From Leidyana gryllorum EB-2025a (Eukaryota; Protista; Apicomplexa), in contig JBLWGC010000126.1 of NCBI GenBank assembly GCA_048772705.1, positions 1 to 64,000 on the forward strand: a stretch of 64,000 nt of DNA, in the 5' to 3' direction. Shown here one piece after another: positions 30,043-41,948 of this stretch (position 1 is its first letter; every line of letters starts with the position of its first letter). The notes beneath the pieces were generated by a model. That model did no database searches. It was given only the letters and a program-made list of their open reading frames with translations, and was not told the DNA's origin. The position numbers and the translations under genes are program-made.

Positions 30043-32305
30043 CTACCACTCGGCGCTGTCAGTGCGCAGTTGGACCTTCTTAAGTGGCTCTGCAGCGGGT
30101 GCAGCGTTCTCTTTGCCGGCGACGGTCTTAGCTGCGGCCTTTGGTGTCTTAGCTTTGTTTCTGGCCAGTCGTTCAGCCTTTTCTGTCTTATCTTTCACGA
30201 TGGTGGCTAAAGTTCTGGCTATTTCGGCGGCATAGCGGAAGAACTGTTTGGGTTCCAATTTCTCTATGGTCTTATCAGTTTCGCCGTAAAACCGGGCGAC
30301 CTCTTTGAATCCCTCTTGAGCGTCTTGCAGCTTCTTCTGGAGCGACTCTATTTGTGTGTTGGCAATCTGAAGGAAACCGCCCAACGATTCTCCCACTTTC
30401 TCATCCCCATCGGCAGTGATCTTGGCCACTTGAGTTTTGGTTTTGTTGTACTCATTCACCAAGTTCTGCACACGTGTGGCGATACCATTCAGGTCAATGT
30501 TGGATGCATCCACACACGGCTGCAACTCGGGCAGCAGCATCAGCGAGTCTTTGTCGGCGTCGAACACCGTCTGCAACGAAAGTGTGTGACAAACGTTTCC
30601 ATATCCAACTCACATCCACAGCATACTGAAACACACTCCGCGCGGGTCTGGTAACAGTCTTTGTATCGAGGAATTTCTGGACACTGCCCAATCTGAAGCC
30701 TTTGGCTTCCGTTTCATTGATGGCATTTCCAATTCTGGTCAACAGATACAAGAAGTTCGGTAGTTTTTGGGCAGTCTTCAGCGCCTGGTTCGCCGCTTGG
30801 ATCTTCTCAATGGGATCCTCCAACTTATCCATTTCCGGATCAAAGTTGAGAGCGAATTTGTGAGCCTCAATTCGTTGAGCGTAGTTCTTGATGTGTCGCA
30901 CAACATCGATAAACTGCTCCGGGATATCGCATTTCGTGATATCCCCGCCGTTGTCCACATAAGTCTTCACCGCAGCCATCTCATCCGGCTTTGGTACAGA
31001 CATTAACAGCGATTCAGACACATCAACCGTCAATATCTCAGGATCCAAATCCTCCATAACGGCTGCGATGCGATTCAATGGCACTGCCTTCAAGAATTTG
31101 GCCAACTGCAAACTCAGGTTTTTGTGTCGCTGAGGATCCAACAACCGCACAGCGGCCTCCTTCTTGGGCTTCGCCTCCTTCTTGTCATCCTTCTTTGTCT
31201 CGGTACTAAAGTCTCGCTCCACGTCCTCAGGGTTCACTGGCAGATCACTTTTACCCTTCTCAAACTTGGTACCAGTTGCATCGTCAATAGGCTCCCAGGG
31301 CAGTCGTCGCAGCCTCTTCCCACCCTTCGCCCCTCCGGCTGCCTTGGACTCCTTCTTGCCACCTGCCTTCTTTGGAGGCGGTCCTTTCTTGGGTGGTGGC
31401 CCCTTCCCTCCGGGGGGGCCCTTACCACTGGGCTTAGCTGGGGCGGGCTTCTTCGCAGCCTCCTTGGCCGCGATGGCCGTCGGGGGAGCAGTCTGGGCCA
31501 CGGCTGGCGCCCCAGCCTTGCCTTCTTCCTCAGGAAACAGCATTCCGGTTTTGATCGCTCTCTTGAGCAGTGTGATCTTCTGCTCCATAGTTAAATTCGC
31601 TAACATGGCTGCACTCGGTCTCTGACTCGGTGACGCTGTATCTGTCGCATAGGCGCCCCCAAAGGAGCCCCAAGCCCCGCCCCCGCCCCCCATAGCGCCA
31701 GCCACTCCCCCGAACACATCCATTGCTCCCGCCCCCGCTGGACCAAACGCACTGAGACCAGCTGCGGGCTGAGCAAACGCGCTGCCGCCTCCACCACTCA
31801 GACCAGCGAACCCACCCAGACCGCCTCCAGCTCCGAACCCACCAAATGACTTAATGCCGCCCATGAACGCCCCCGACGTCACTGCGCCCCTCACCAGAGC
31901 AGCTTGTTGGGAGGTCGACAGGCCAGCCCCGAATCCCCCTTGACTTGCCCCTCCGCCACCGCCGCCCACTAACCCCCATAGTCCTGGACCGTGTCTAGCG
32001 ACCCACAACTCTTGATTAGCCCTCGAACTGGTGGTGAAGATGCCTCTAAAGGAACCAGCGGTACCCGGGATGTCGAGTCCAGCGGCGATCTGCATAGCGG
32101 CTGTGCTGGCATTCAGGGCTCTGGAGACTGGCGTGGGATAAATAACGCCTCCCCTGAACTCAACACCTCCTTCAGGGGCCAAGATCTTCTTCATATGCTC
32201 CGTAGGCACGAACATTGGGCCATGAACAGAGTCACTGACTCCCCAACAAATGCAGTCAAAGGGACGCATTGCGTCGATATTGATACGAGCGCTGGTTTCT
32301 GTCAT
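30043..32305 (-). CDS. Formin (FH2 domain) with Gly-rich N-terminal region and short Pro/Lys FH1-like segment
   Basis: RRLPWEPI, LLDPQRHKNLSLQL, PEQF, IGNAIN, AKGFRL, LDTKT, ARFYGE..FF; one intron near 30575-30617. Confidence 0.88.
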
Positions 32306-32489
32306 TGTCAGAGACGCCGAGGTGCGAGGTGCGTATGTTTGTGATCTATGATTGCTTTTGTTAGTGTGTGTGCGTATGTCTCTTGGGTCATTGCCACAAG
32401 GTTTGGAATTAGAACAACAAGATAACCAGCTAATCTTAACTTTCCTGACCTCTCTTCGATCACTACAACTGTTTCTTTCTTTCGTCAAG

Positions 32490-32738
32490 ATGAAGTTCGC
32501 CGCCGTCTTCGCTACTGTTTTCCTCGCCGTCACTGACGCTTCGGCTCTGCGCGGTATGGTCGTTGGTGGCCACCCCCGGGCTGATGAGTACACCGAAGTC
32601 GTTCCTGAAATCGTGCAGGCGGGTTCGGAATGTGTTGGTAAACCCACTTTCCCGTGCAAGGAGGAAGCCGAGAAGAACCCGATCATCGCCAAACTCGCCT
32701 TCGAGCCGGCTGCTTTCACTATGCGCGTTGCCTTCTAA
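32490..32738 (+). CDS. Small secreted protein (82 aa, signal peptide, 2 Cys)
   Basis: MKFAAVFATVFLAVTDASA signal peptide, caagATG context, C-ending codon preference. Confidence 0.7.
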   Translation: MKFAAVFATVFLAVTDASALRGMVVGGHPRADEYTEVVPEIVQAGSECVGKPTFPCKEEAEKNPIIAKLAFEPAAFTMRVAF

Positions 32739-32973
32739 GTGTATTCGTATTAGAGAAGCTCTATTTATCCGTGTGATTGTCCAAATAGTGTGACAATACT
32801 CGTTTGCTTTGTGGTGAGATGACACCTGGAAACCTTTCAACTTAAAGAGGCATTGTCAATATTTATGGTGTTGAATCGAGCCTGTCTTGACGTCTTTGGA
32901 CGCACGCTTAGGCAGCAAACGAGAGATATAGTGTTTCATGTGTGCGTGTCTGTGTGTGTGTGATCCTTCTTCT

Positions 32974-34359
32974 CTACTTGGGTTTGGCATCTGCTGACGA
33001 TATGGTGCGTGTGATCCGTCGACTCAGACTCGCTCTCTTCGGGGCAGCTATTCTTGGCTTTCTATCTTTGTTTGTGACTTTCCTCGCGGGACTCCCAACT
33101 CGGGAAGCTTTGGTGGATGTGTTACTTTTGTTTGCGGCGACGAGGATTTTGGGTGCCTCAAGGAGAACGACTGAGGGGGTGTTTGGAGGCGTCAGGACAA
33201 CGCGAGGGGCTTCGTGGGCGAGACTTGCAGAGGCTGTGTGAGGAGGAACAGTCTGGTCGGTGGTTGGATGGGACTGAAGTTGAGAAGGGAACGGAGAAGG
33301 CGACGGTTCGTTGAACAAATCGTCGGCTCGTAAGATGATGGGAAAGTCGTCCGGCGGTTGAACGACAGGAGAAGCGGTAAGTTGGTCGTGGGAAGGGGCC
33401 GTCAGATCACCAGCGGCACTGAGGGCGTCGTCGAGGAAAGAAGCAGCGGACATGGCGCCGGGCGGCAGAGGGTCGCTGACATCGGCCTGAATATCAGAAG
33501 GAGTTACGGAGCGCTTGGTATGTCGGTAGACGACGTCTCTGAAGTATCGAGAACGAAGATGAACAAAGGACCTGATGAATTTCTGCATTTCAAGTGTAGG
33601 AGATGAGGATACGAGTTTGGACAGAGTCTTCGCGAGCTCGGCCTTGAGGGCTGTGGGGATATGCAGTGTCTTGTACCGGAGACATATCAACAGGAGGGTT
33701 TTGTTGATGAGAGAAGTTAGGAAATCCTCCATTAGTGGAGTGGTGGTTTTTATGTCTTCCTTGCGGAGTTTCGTCAAGGCCTCCTTTTCGCACCGAGACA
33801 AAGGGAGCTCCGGAAGACGTACTTCAGGCTGATGGCCGGGGCGTTCGTGGCTAGTGATCTCTGGAAGCAAATGCTTCAGTTTCTGCAAGTACAATGGACG
33901 TCTGAGGGTGAAGAACGAGTCTTCCTCCTCCAAAGCTTTCCATATCACACTGTCCTCCTTGGAAACAACTGATTGCTCCAATTCTAGTGGAATGGACGAC
34001 GGCTTGTCAGAGGGGGCGGCTTTTATAGACACCGGTACCGTTGAGGGAAGAACGACCGGGTCTGGCCACTTTTTTTGTTGATATGCCGTCGCGGCAATCC
34101 TCAGACGCATTGCAGAGGCTTTCACCATAGCAGCCGGTGAAGTGTCTTCCTTCACTGCTGGTATAGGTGGGTGCCGGAACATTTCGAAGCCAGGAGCCGA
34201 GGTCCCATACATGACCTCATTATCAAATACCACAGGGTTTGCCCAAGGCAAATAAGACGATCCGCATCTCCATGCTGACCATCGATTAGATTCTTCGGCC
34301 AAGGCTTGGTGACTTGGCAGAGGATTAGTAAATCCATATTGTTGGTTGAGATAATCCAT
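32974..34359 (-). CDS. Hypothetical protein, 461 aa, with Pro/Ser-rich basic C-terminus
   Basis: Long uninterrupted ORF; no family recognised. Confidence 0.65.
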   Translation of the reverse strand: MDYLNQQYGFTNPLPSHQALAEESNRWSAWRCGSSYLPWANPVVFDNEVMYGTSAPGFEMFRHPPIPAVKEDTSPAAMVKASAMRLRIAATAYQQKKWPDPVVLPSTVPVSIKAAPSDKPSSIPLELEQSVVSKEDSVIWKALEEEDSFFTLRRPLYLQKLKHLLPEITSHERPGHQPEVRLPELPLSRCEKEALTKLRKEDIKTTTPLMEDFLTSLINKTLLLICLRYKTLHIPTALKAELAKTLSKLVSSSPTLEMQKFIRSFVHLRSRYFRDVVYRHTKRSVTPSDIQADVSDPLPPGAMSAASFLDDALSAAGDLTAPSHDQLTASPVVQPPDDFPIILRADDLFNEPSPSPFPSQLQSHPTTDQTVPPHTASASLAHEAPRVVLTPPNTPSVVLLEAPKILVAANKSNTSTKASRVGSPARKVTNKDRKPRIAAPKRASLSRRITRTISSADAKPK

Positions 34360-34655
34360 TCTTGCGATTTTTTTATACTTTTTTCGTCTTTTGCAAAGCG
34401 AATTCTATCTTCATAAGACCTAACTACATGACATCCGGGGTTCGGGCAGTAACCTGAACTCCCAGTGTCACAATGGCAATTGCAATGGCGACAATGTCGC
34501 GCGTGTGTGTAGGTAAATTCACAGTCCTGACTGCCGTCCGATTTTTGAAAAGGCAGTTCCATTAGATTAGGGTTGGGGTGGAATTGAATCGGCGCAGCCC
34601 GATTCCGGCGTTGTCCTTGTACCATCTGTCTGGGCTATTGTTCGGCTGGTTTACT

Positions 34656-35552
34656 TTATCCACCCTGGGGGGGTGGGATCGCTGTTTGAGCGCTCGGAAG
34701 TTCACCACCGGCCACAGGAGATGCGGACAACGGGGGCTGGTACCCTGTATTTCCCATTGGCTGACCGATAATATAGGGATGCACGGGGTTGGAGGTCATC
34801 ATAGCCACACTAGGTGGTTCAGCATTGACATGATTTGGGGGATTAGTGACAACAGATCCATCTTCTCTGATGTTAATTACATGAGCAGCAAGACCGTTTA
34901 CATTCGTGTGGTCTGGGCTTGCGAGGAAGCCTTCCCGTCTTGCCCTCTCGATATCTGCGCCGGCCATCTGGCCGTGAGGGTTGACAATGGGGTAAAGAGG
35001 GCCTTGAGCAGCTATGGCCCGTCGTAGCTGCCGGCGCTGCTTGCGCAAATGGCGTTCTACCAACACTCCGACTAGAGTGATCGCCGAATACAGTGTGCCC
35101 GCCAATACAAACAAGGCGTACGCAGTCCAGGCCCAAGCCTTAACGGTTGTCAGGGACGCGTCCCGGAAGACACCATCTCGAAAAGTCGGGTTCGTCCATA
35201 TGGAGGGTATGAAATGAGGAATGGGTCGGAAATTGTCTCGAATTCTGTGCCGAACGGCATGAGCGCTCTGGATACTGATCAGCCCCACTAACACAGGGAC
35301 ACTCAATGTGAATATGCTTTTACAGCCACTGTCGAACGCTCCTTCGATTTGTTCCACAGGGGCCATACTCATCGTAACGATGGTTGCGCCTGCTACTAAA
35401 TGCATAGTGATTTGTATAATCCCTGCCAGCACGGCTCCAGCAGCGATGAAGATTCCTCCACATCCAACCGCAGCACTCGCCGCTATGAGCGTTGCCCAGG
35501 CCAGACTCATCCTCACGAGCCCTTCGCGGCCACGCATTGTTGTGGGCAACAT
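34656..35552 (-). CDS. Multi-TM (about 4) membrane protein with Pro-rich tail
   Basis: 298-aa ORF with hydrophobic segments followed by a basic stop-transfer RHLRKQRR. Confidence 0.65.
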   Translation of the reverse strand: MLPTTMRGREGLVRMSLAWATLIAASAAVGCGGIFIAAGAVLAGIIQITMHLVAGATIVTMSMAPVEQIEGAFDSGCKSIFTLSVPVLVGLISIQSAHAVRHRIRDNFRPIPHFIPSIWTNPTFRDGVFRDASLTTVKAWAWTAYALFVLAGTLYSAITLVGVLVERHLRKQRRQLRRAIAAQGPLYPIVNPHGQMAGADIERARREGFLASPDHTNVNGLAAHVINIREDGSVVTNPPNHVNAEPPSVAMMTSNPVHPYIIGQPMGNTGYQPPLSASPVAGGELPSAQTAIPPPQGG

Positions 35553-35581
35553 GGGGACACACTGAATAAAAATAAAAGTTA

Positions 35582-36777
35582 ATGGGGAGGATGGTGAGTG
35601 AGAGACTGAGGGACACAGTCCAAACTGCTTTTGACGCCGGAGACTATGCCAGTGTCTATCTCCAAGTCAAAAAGGCATTGACAGAGAATCGTGCAGCACT
35701 CAAGTCTGACGGTAAGTACCCCAATTCGGCGGCCCTCCTACACATAAAACGTAAATTCAGAAGATGAATTGCGGGCACTCTATATGCAATCCGCCAGCCA
35801 CTTGAACGATCAAGAGACTGTCAGACAGCAATTTCAGATCCTCGTCAATAAGTATCCCGATAGCAATCGGATCAACCGTCTCGGAGTCTATGTCGGCTCC
35901 TCACGCGGAGAGGTGAGCGTTGGAAACGTTCTCGGGGATTTACCACACTCGGCCACCCGCTCATTGCAGAAAGAGTCCTGGGAAGCTACAGTTGGATTGG
36001 CCAAGGCAGGCATCCAGAAGGATCCGGCCAGCGTCACTGATCGTCATCTGCTACTCGCTCTACTCAAACATCGCGCCAAGGACTCCAGCGAGTTCCAAGA
36101 ACTACTCGAACAGTGAGCACACACACGCTTACCGCCGCACCCAATTGTTATTCCGTGTCTCCACAGACAAATCGAGGATATGCCCACTGACACAGCCAGT
36201 TGGCGGGAACTCGGCGAGCTCTGCATACGGAAGGGACGGACTATGGAAGCTCGCCTGGTTTTCGAGGAACTCGCGTTAGTCCTGGACACAGCGAACATCT
36301 ATAATTTGATCACATTGGGTGACGTAAGTTCCGCGATTGCCGCGTGTGTCCACTCAGAAACCCCATTTCTCCCAGCTGTGCCATGCGACTGACGCCCTGA
36401 CAGCAGCCTTCAAATATTACTCGCTCGCCGTTCAGTACGACCCCTATTCCCAGCGGGCTCTGTGGGGACTCATCACCGTAAGTTCAAAACCCACTGTTGC
36501 CTGCTGTAAGACTGGCCGTTCTGCCCAACAGACCTATGCCAAGATGAAAGGTGCTTCTGAGGACCACAAAGGCAAACCCGAGGAAGCCTCTGGCGACTAC
36601 AAAAGCAAACTCGAGGAGGTTTCTGACCTCACTCGTGCAGCCTGCAAAAGACTCCAATCTATCTATGAGGGGGAATTCGCCATCGAAACTGCCTCCACCC
36701 GGGACTCGAAGAGTGCCCGACAACTCTGGCTTGAAGCTTCACAAAACTTGTGCACTGCCATTCTTAAAGATCTCTAG
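35582..36777 (+). CDS. TPR protein, ER membrane complex subunit 2 (EMC2)-like, multi-exon
   Basis: KYPDSNRINRL, PTDTASWRELGEL, FEELAL, AFKYYSLAV, RALWGL match the EMC2/TTC35 pattern. Confidence 0.65.
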
Positions 36778-38328
36778 TCATATCGAACCTTGATCATACA
36801 TTGCCCGTGCCAGCCGTAGAAATGCACATATGTCAACAGCCGCACTGAAGTGTAGATCTGGATAAAAGTCGTCATATATCATACGACATTGATCGTGAAC
36901 ATATCCAGTATATACACACAATCGATGTTCATATTCATGCTGCTCCGTAGTCTCGGCCAAATTCAGTCCGATGACTGCCATACTCCCAATACCAGCGCCT
37001 TGGCTGGGTACTATTGTCACTCCGGCGTCCTCCAATATTTGAGTCGCCTCAGGAGTGCAACAAATATTAGACACTTCAACCAACCCTTTGATTCGAAAAC
37101 CTTTCACCAAATTCATTGCCTCCACTTCGCTGATCTCGTTCTCGTACGCACAAGCGAAAGTATAGTCAACCGGTACACATGCATCGTACACAGACCCAAG
37201 GTGCCAAGTCACCTTGCGTAGCCATCCGTCCTCTTGTATCATGTCTCGCAACGAAATATGCGCTCGCTTCAAGTCAGCAATTCTCTGCCACTCGGCAAAC
37301 TCCAGGCCGTCATTGTGCTTGACATACCCTCCTGTATCACTTAGCGTGATGACCTGAAAGCAGACGCACACGTGTGTGTCACTCACTGGGCATAGCCCGT
37401 CTCACTCACATGTGCGCCTTCAGCGATCAAATTTCTAGCTACGTGTAGTGCCACATTCCCGGATCCAGTCACCATGCACCGCTTCTTGTCGAAACTCGGC
37501 AGTCTGAAGAACCGCTTGGCGAACTCCACCACGCCCATCCCAGTAGCCCATAGCTTCCCGACAAATTCAGGGGTGGGTGTTACACGCTTGGTTTGATCCA
37601 GAGCTTCGTTGAGCGCGGCAAGTTCACGAAAGCCCACTCCCATATCGGCGACAATGTCAATCGGCGAGCTTTTGTCGATCCGCCTGCGATTAACGGGATC
37701 ACTGCCTCCCACACGCGACCTTACTTGATCAATTCTTGCATAAAAGCCTTTGCAAAGGAGTGGAGATCATAGTCAGACGCATGAGGTGCGTCGAAGTCGC
37801 TACCTGTCGCGGCTCCCCCCATGGGCATGTTCAAGAGAGCATTCCTAACAGTCTGTTGTAGACCTAGCAGCTTGATGGTAGATGCCCGGCATTCAGGGTG
37901 GAGCCTGATTGGCCCACGAGGAGGGCCCAATGTAGATGAGTACTCGCACCGCCATCCCCGATTGACTATCTGAGGAGAAATGGACATGTTAGTGGTGTAT
38001 TGAAACTCACCTCTTCGCCGAACTCATTCACCCATACGATCTCAAAGTGGGTGAACATCTCGGGATTCCGCAGCCGGCACAAGGCTGCGAGAAGGGGTGG
38101 CTGTCGGGCGATGGCAGGACGAAGATTGTTCGCCAGAGTGGCATAGGCCTGAATGAAGTCAGGAACATCAGACTGGCTGGGTGATTGTTCGATGTCGTCC
38201 AATAAAGTATTGATGTCGTTGTTTACTGGGCTGCGGGATATCTCGGAACGGAAGCGGTCCTCATTGCGTTTGCGGCGGAACCTCCTGAACCTTTCTGATT
38301 GTCTAAGACGTTGAGGTGCTGAGGGCAT
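36778..38328 (-). CDS. NADP-glutamate dehydrogenase-like protein lacking catalytic lysines (multi-exon)
   Basis: NRGWRCEYSSTLGPPRGPIRLHP, NALLNMPMGGAATGSDFD, FMQEL, DMGVGFRE, ATGMG, TGSGNVA, ACAYENEI. Confidence 0.8.
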
Positions 38329-38332
38329 TCTG

Positions 38333-39079
38333 ATGAAGCTTCAAATACTTTTACTGTTCGCGATATTGGGAGGATATGCTCTGATTTGCGACCCGAGCAG
38401 CTCCACCTCTTCGGATTCCACGTTGGTGTTGCGCTTCGTGCTTTGGCCAACCGCTCATTCTACACTTCTTGATCCGGTGGACAACGGATTAGAGTGGTTC
38501 TACAAACATCTAGCTCGCAGCATACCTCGAAAGGACATCATTCAGGTGATCGATGTGATTAAGGAATCCAACACCCGCTCATGCTGGGAGCCTGCGGTCA
38601 ATGCCAAATTGGTCATGAGTGCCAGTTCGGCCGCAGAAGATTTGCAAACGGTGTGGAATGAAGCTATTGCACAAGAGTCGGGCCATTACAACAATCGGTA
38701 CGGCCTTTCGTTGCTGCACCATATCATTAGTGAAGACATATTCACTGGTTCACTTAATGTACTAATTATGATATCTGGCGATGTCGAAATTGATTGGGGC
38801 CAGTCCAATGGCGGTGAGGGAAACATGATCTACGACCCAAATTACTGCTTGCGTGAAGTTCAACCCGAACTAATACCCCCTTTGGCAGAGGAAAACGAAG
38901 TGAAAGTCATCATTGTACAGAGTGTTACGGAGATGACTCGATGGCCTGTCTACGCACTGCACCGCCCAGATCAAGGAGTCGTCGTAGTCTACACTGATAC
39001 AACGAACAAACACCTTCGGCTGGGGCACTCATTGCTCATGGGACTTCGGATGCTCTTTTGCTACCAGTCCTCTAAGTAA
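38333..39079 (+). CDS. Secreted protein, possibly a divergent vWA/integrin-beta-I-like alpha/beta domain
   Basis: Signal peptide; alternating strands LVLRFVL, NVLIMISGD and VKVIIV. Fold call is tentative. Confidence 0.5.
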   Translation: MKLQILLLFAILGGYALICDPSSSTSSDSTLVLRFVLWPTAHSTLLDPVDNGLEWFYKHLARSIPRKDIIQVIDVIKESNTRSCWEPAVNAKLVMSASSAAEDLQTVWNEAIAQESGHYNNRYGLSLLHHIISEDIFTGSLNVLIMISGDVEIDWGQSNGGEGNMIYDPNYCLREVQPELIPPLAEENEVKVIIVQSVTEMTRWPVYALHRPDQGVVVVYTDTTNKHLRLGHSLLMGLRMLFCYQSSK

Positions 39080-39199
39080 AAATCATAGATAGCGAGTATG
39101 AGGTGATTCAGCCAGAACCGAACTACGAGCAGCTTCCAGCACAGGCCCAGCTGAAGGGCTCACACGTAACCGGTGTGTAGTGGCGTCGCTGGGTACGCG

Positions 39200-41160
39200 T
39201 TCATGGCCTTCGGTTGGCAAAACTGCGGGTCGATAGCACATTCCCTGAGCCTATCACGGAGTTGTGGTCAATGAGGCTTTTCGGCTGATCCTTTACCAAA
39301 GCGGGACGGAATGGATGGTGTTCGGGACTCGTGGAGTCGGCCAGAGGTGGTCTCATAGGTGGATATGGCGGGGCACCTAGTGTATATCCGTATAAAAATG
39401 ACTCCAGCTCACAAAGACAGTAGTTCTTCTGTTCATCTCGTAGATCACGCTCATACGTTGCAGCCGTTTCTGCGAGATCATTTTTGAATCAGACGATTGA
39501 AGGCATTCAACTTTCCCGCAGCCGTCTCCCCAATACGGACACACACGTGCGGCAGGCACACAACTTACTTATGAAGTGTTGAAAGGCACCCAGACACTCG
39601 TCAGTCTGATCGCAAGCCAAAGTCAGAGTCAAATGAGTGGGCTTACAGATGCATCGTCATCAAAGGTGAGCGCTATGTTCCCACTGTGACGCGTTTGTAT
39701 CAAAATAGCTCGGACACAGCGATCGGGGATCGGGCCTCGGGCTTCGGCAGACATGGCATCGAAAGAATAGTCCCCAAAGAAAGCAGCTCGCTTTGGTAAT
39801 AACTGGGGTTGGACCGGAGGCATCTCGTCTCCAGCATTGGCACACACTACATCAGACCCCCACCATTCCATTATGCGACCTGTAACTCCCCTCATAGTCC
39901 AGCGGCCAATACTTGCGACTGGTAGCTGAGCAATTGAAACATCCACAATGTCGCGGAAGCTGACATGATGTTGTCGATCCCATTTATGCAATGTACATAG
40001 GAAGACACCTGCGAAGCGGGGCGTTGGATGAAAGGGTGTGAAGGCAGATACTCACCCGTTTGAGGGCAGTGTTGTAGAATGAGGTTGGTTGGGGTCTTTT
40101 GAAACAAACTGACTTGATAACACTTGAAGACACGGATTGAAGCTTCATAGACATCAACACGTGCTTGAAGTCTGGACAGCTTGTTCCCCAATTTATCCAA
40201 CTCATGTCGTTTAGCATCTATTTCTTGTTCGAGGCAAGCAATCTGGTTGTCTTGACGGTTGACTCTGGCTGTCAAATCTTTGACCCAGTTCTCCCGGCGT
40301 TCGAGCTCGTGTGCACTCTGATCGAGTTGCTGTTGGAGTTCCATCTTTTCTCGTAGAATGGCAGCAGAGATCTCCTTTTCACGCTCCCATTGAGCTCTAA
40401 CCTCCTGAAGTCGACGATTGCGATTGTCAACTTCCTGTTGAAATGCCTCTCGCTCTCGATGGAGGTAGGATTCCATCTCTTCAAGCTGAGCCTGGGTTTG
40501 TACCAGCCGTCTGGAGCGTTGCTCAACAGCCTCTCGTAGTTTAGCGATCTCAGATTGACGATTGGCTATCTCTTCAGAGTTGTTGGTGGCGGTGGCCTGT
40601 TTCGCGCCCCAGGCCTTGGAGCTCAGTCCTTCTCGGAAGAGCCCCCCAATGTCCCAACCCCCTCCACTGGAGGTGGGTTTGGTGCGCGTATTGGACGTTA
40701 CCGCAGCATCACTGGCTGCCGAGCTGTTAGCCTTCTCCAACTGGCGCTGCAGGAGGCGTATATCTTCATCTTTTTGGGCCTCAATCAACGACTTCAATTC
40801 GTAGAGTCCCTTGTACTTCTCGACTTCATCGCTTAAAGCAGCTTTCTCTGCCTCCAATTGTCGCACATCTGTGAGAGTATCTACGGGGGCGCGGGTCCAC
40901 GACCGCCAACGTTCATTGTCACTGCTTCTAGAAGGCCGGCTGTCCGGGACTGAGGCTCCGCCTCCACCGGCTCGGGTAGATTCCAGGGGGGGAGTGGTCC
41001 CTACTTGAGGTGGCTCTGTGGCCGGCGACGAACTTGGCGCTTCTATGGAATTACGCTTAGCATCATTGAGGAATGCTTCCTTATATAGTTGTGAGAAGTA
41101 TGGAAGGTCGTCATCATGCATCCTTTTTTGACTTCCCCCATACCCAAGAAATGGTCTCAT
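39200..41160 (-). CDS. Coiled-coil protein with spliced C-terminal globular region (3' end approximate)
   Basis: ORF 39892..41160 has an E/Q/R/K heptad-rich region; introns lead to exons 39629..39991 and 39377..39559. Confidence 0.6.
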
Positions 41161-41918
41161 TATTCATCACTATCATCGGGTCTGCAGCACGCGTACCCTA
41201 CCCCTATCACCATGAATAAACCCACTAAGCTGCCTCCCACAATGTACCCAATTGCCTCATTCGACAAACGCCGCCCACCCGAGGATACCGGTGCAGGTTG
41301 TACCATACGCACATTACTCAACTGTTGGGCCATTACACCTGAATCATCTTCACCCTCCTCGTCCTCCTCGTCATCCGATGCTGACGCTGGTTGAGCGTAC
41401 TGCGCCAACGACACTGGCTGTTTCCGAGCCTCCAGCATCTTTTCTTCCGACAGGAACTTCTGCACCAGCCCGATCTCCTGGTTCACCACAGCCCGGCACG
41501 CCAATTGCTCTTTTCTCACATATCGCTCAAAGCACGGCCGTGAATACCGCGTCTCGGGCACCATGGCAACCACTAAATACATCCCCAGTCACTGTGCCAC
41601 AAAGTCTCTCACCTTTGCCCTTCGCGTGACGCATCGCCTGCGGACATTCAGCCCCACATCCCGCATAACAATGCCTGATCGAATCATAAGTCAGATCACG
41701 CCTCACACTCACTTGAGGTCCGCTGGATACACCGGCAGATCCGAGCAAAGCACAATTCGTTCACCAGTGGCTTCGGCGGAGGCTTGCTTTGCAAGCGCTT
41801 CAGCGGCTGCACTGATGCCTCGTTCCGATGACTTGGTCCGTTTGAAAGGTCTCGAGAAGCCCGCACCAAGCTCCGCGAGCGACAACCAGATTAGCAGCAC
41901 AGTCCACCACCGCAACAT
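41160..41918 (-). CDS. Type I membrane protein with Cys-containing ectodomain (3 exons)
   Basis: Signal MLRWWTVLLIWLSLAELGAG, two GTGAG introns, TM IGYIVGGSLVGLFMVIGVGYACC. Confidence 0.65.
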
Positions 41919-41948
41919 GTGGCCAGTCGCATGCACCTAGTCACTTTC

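Noticed and set aside
34152-34625. Cys/His-rich ORF upstream of 32974..34359 suggesting a frameshifted extension
   Set aside because: No recognisable domain or convincing splice or slippage link; the downstream ORF has its own ATG
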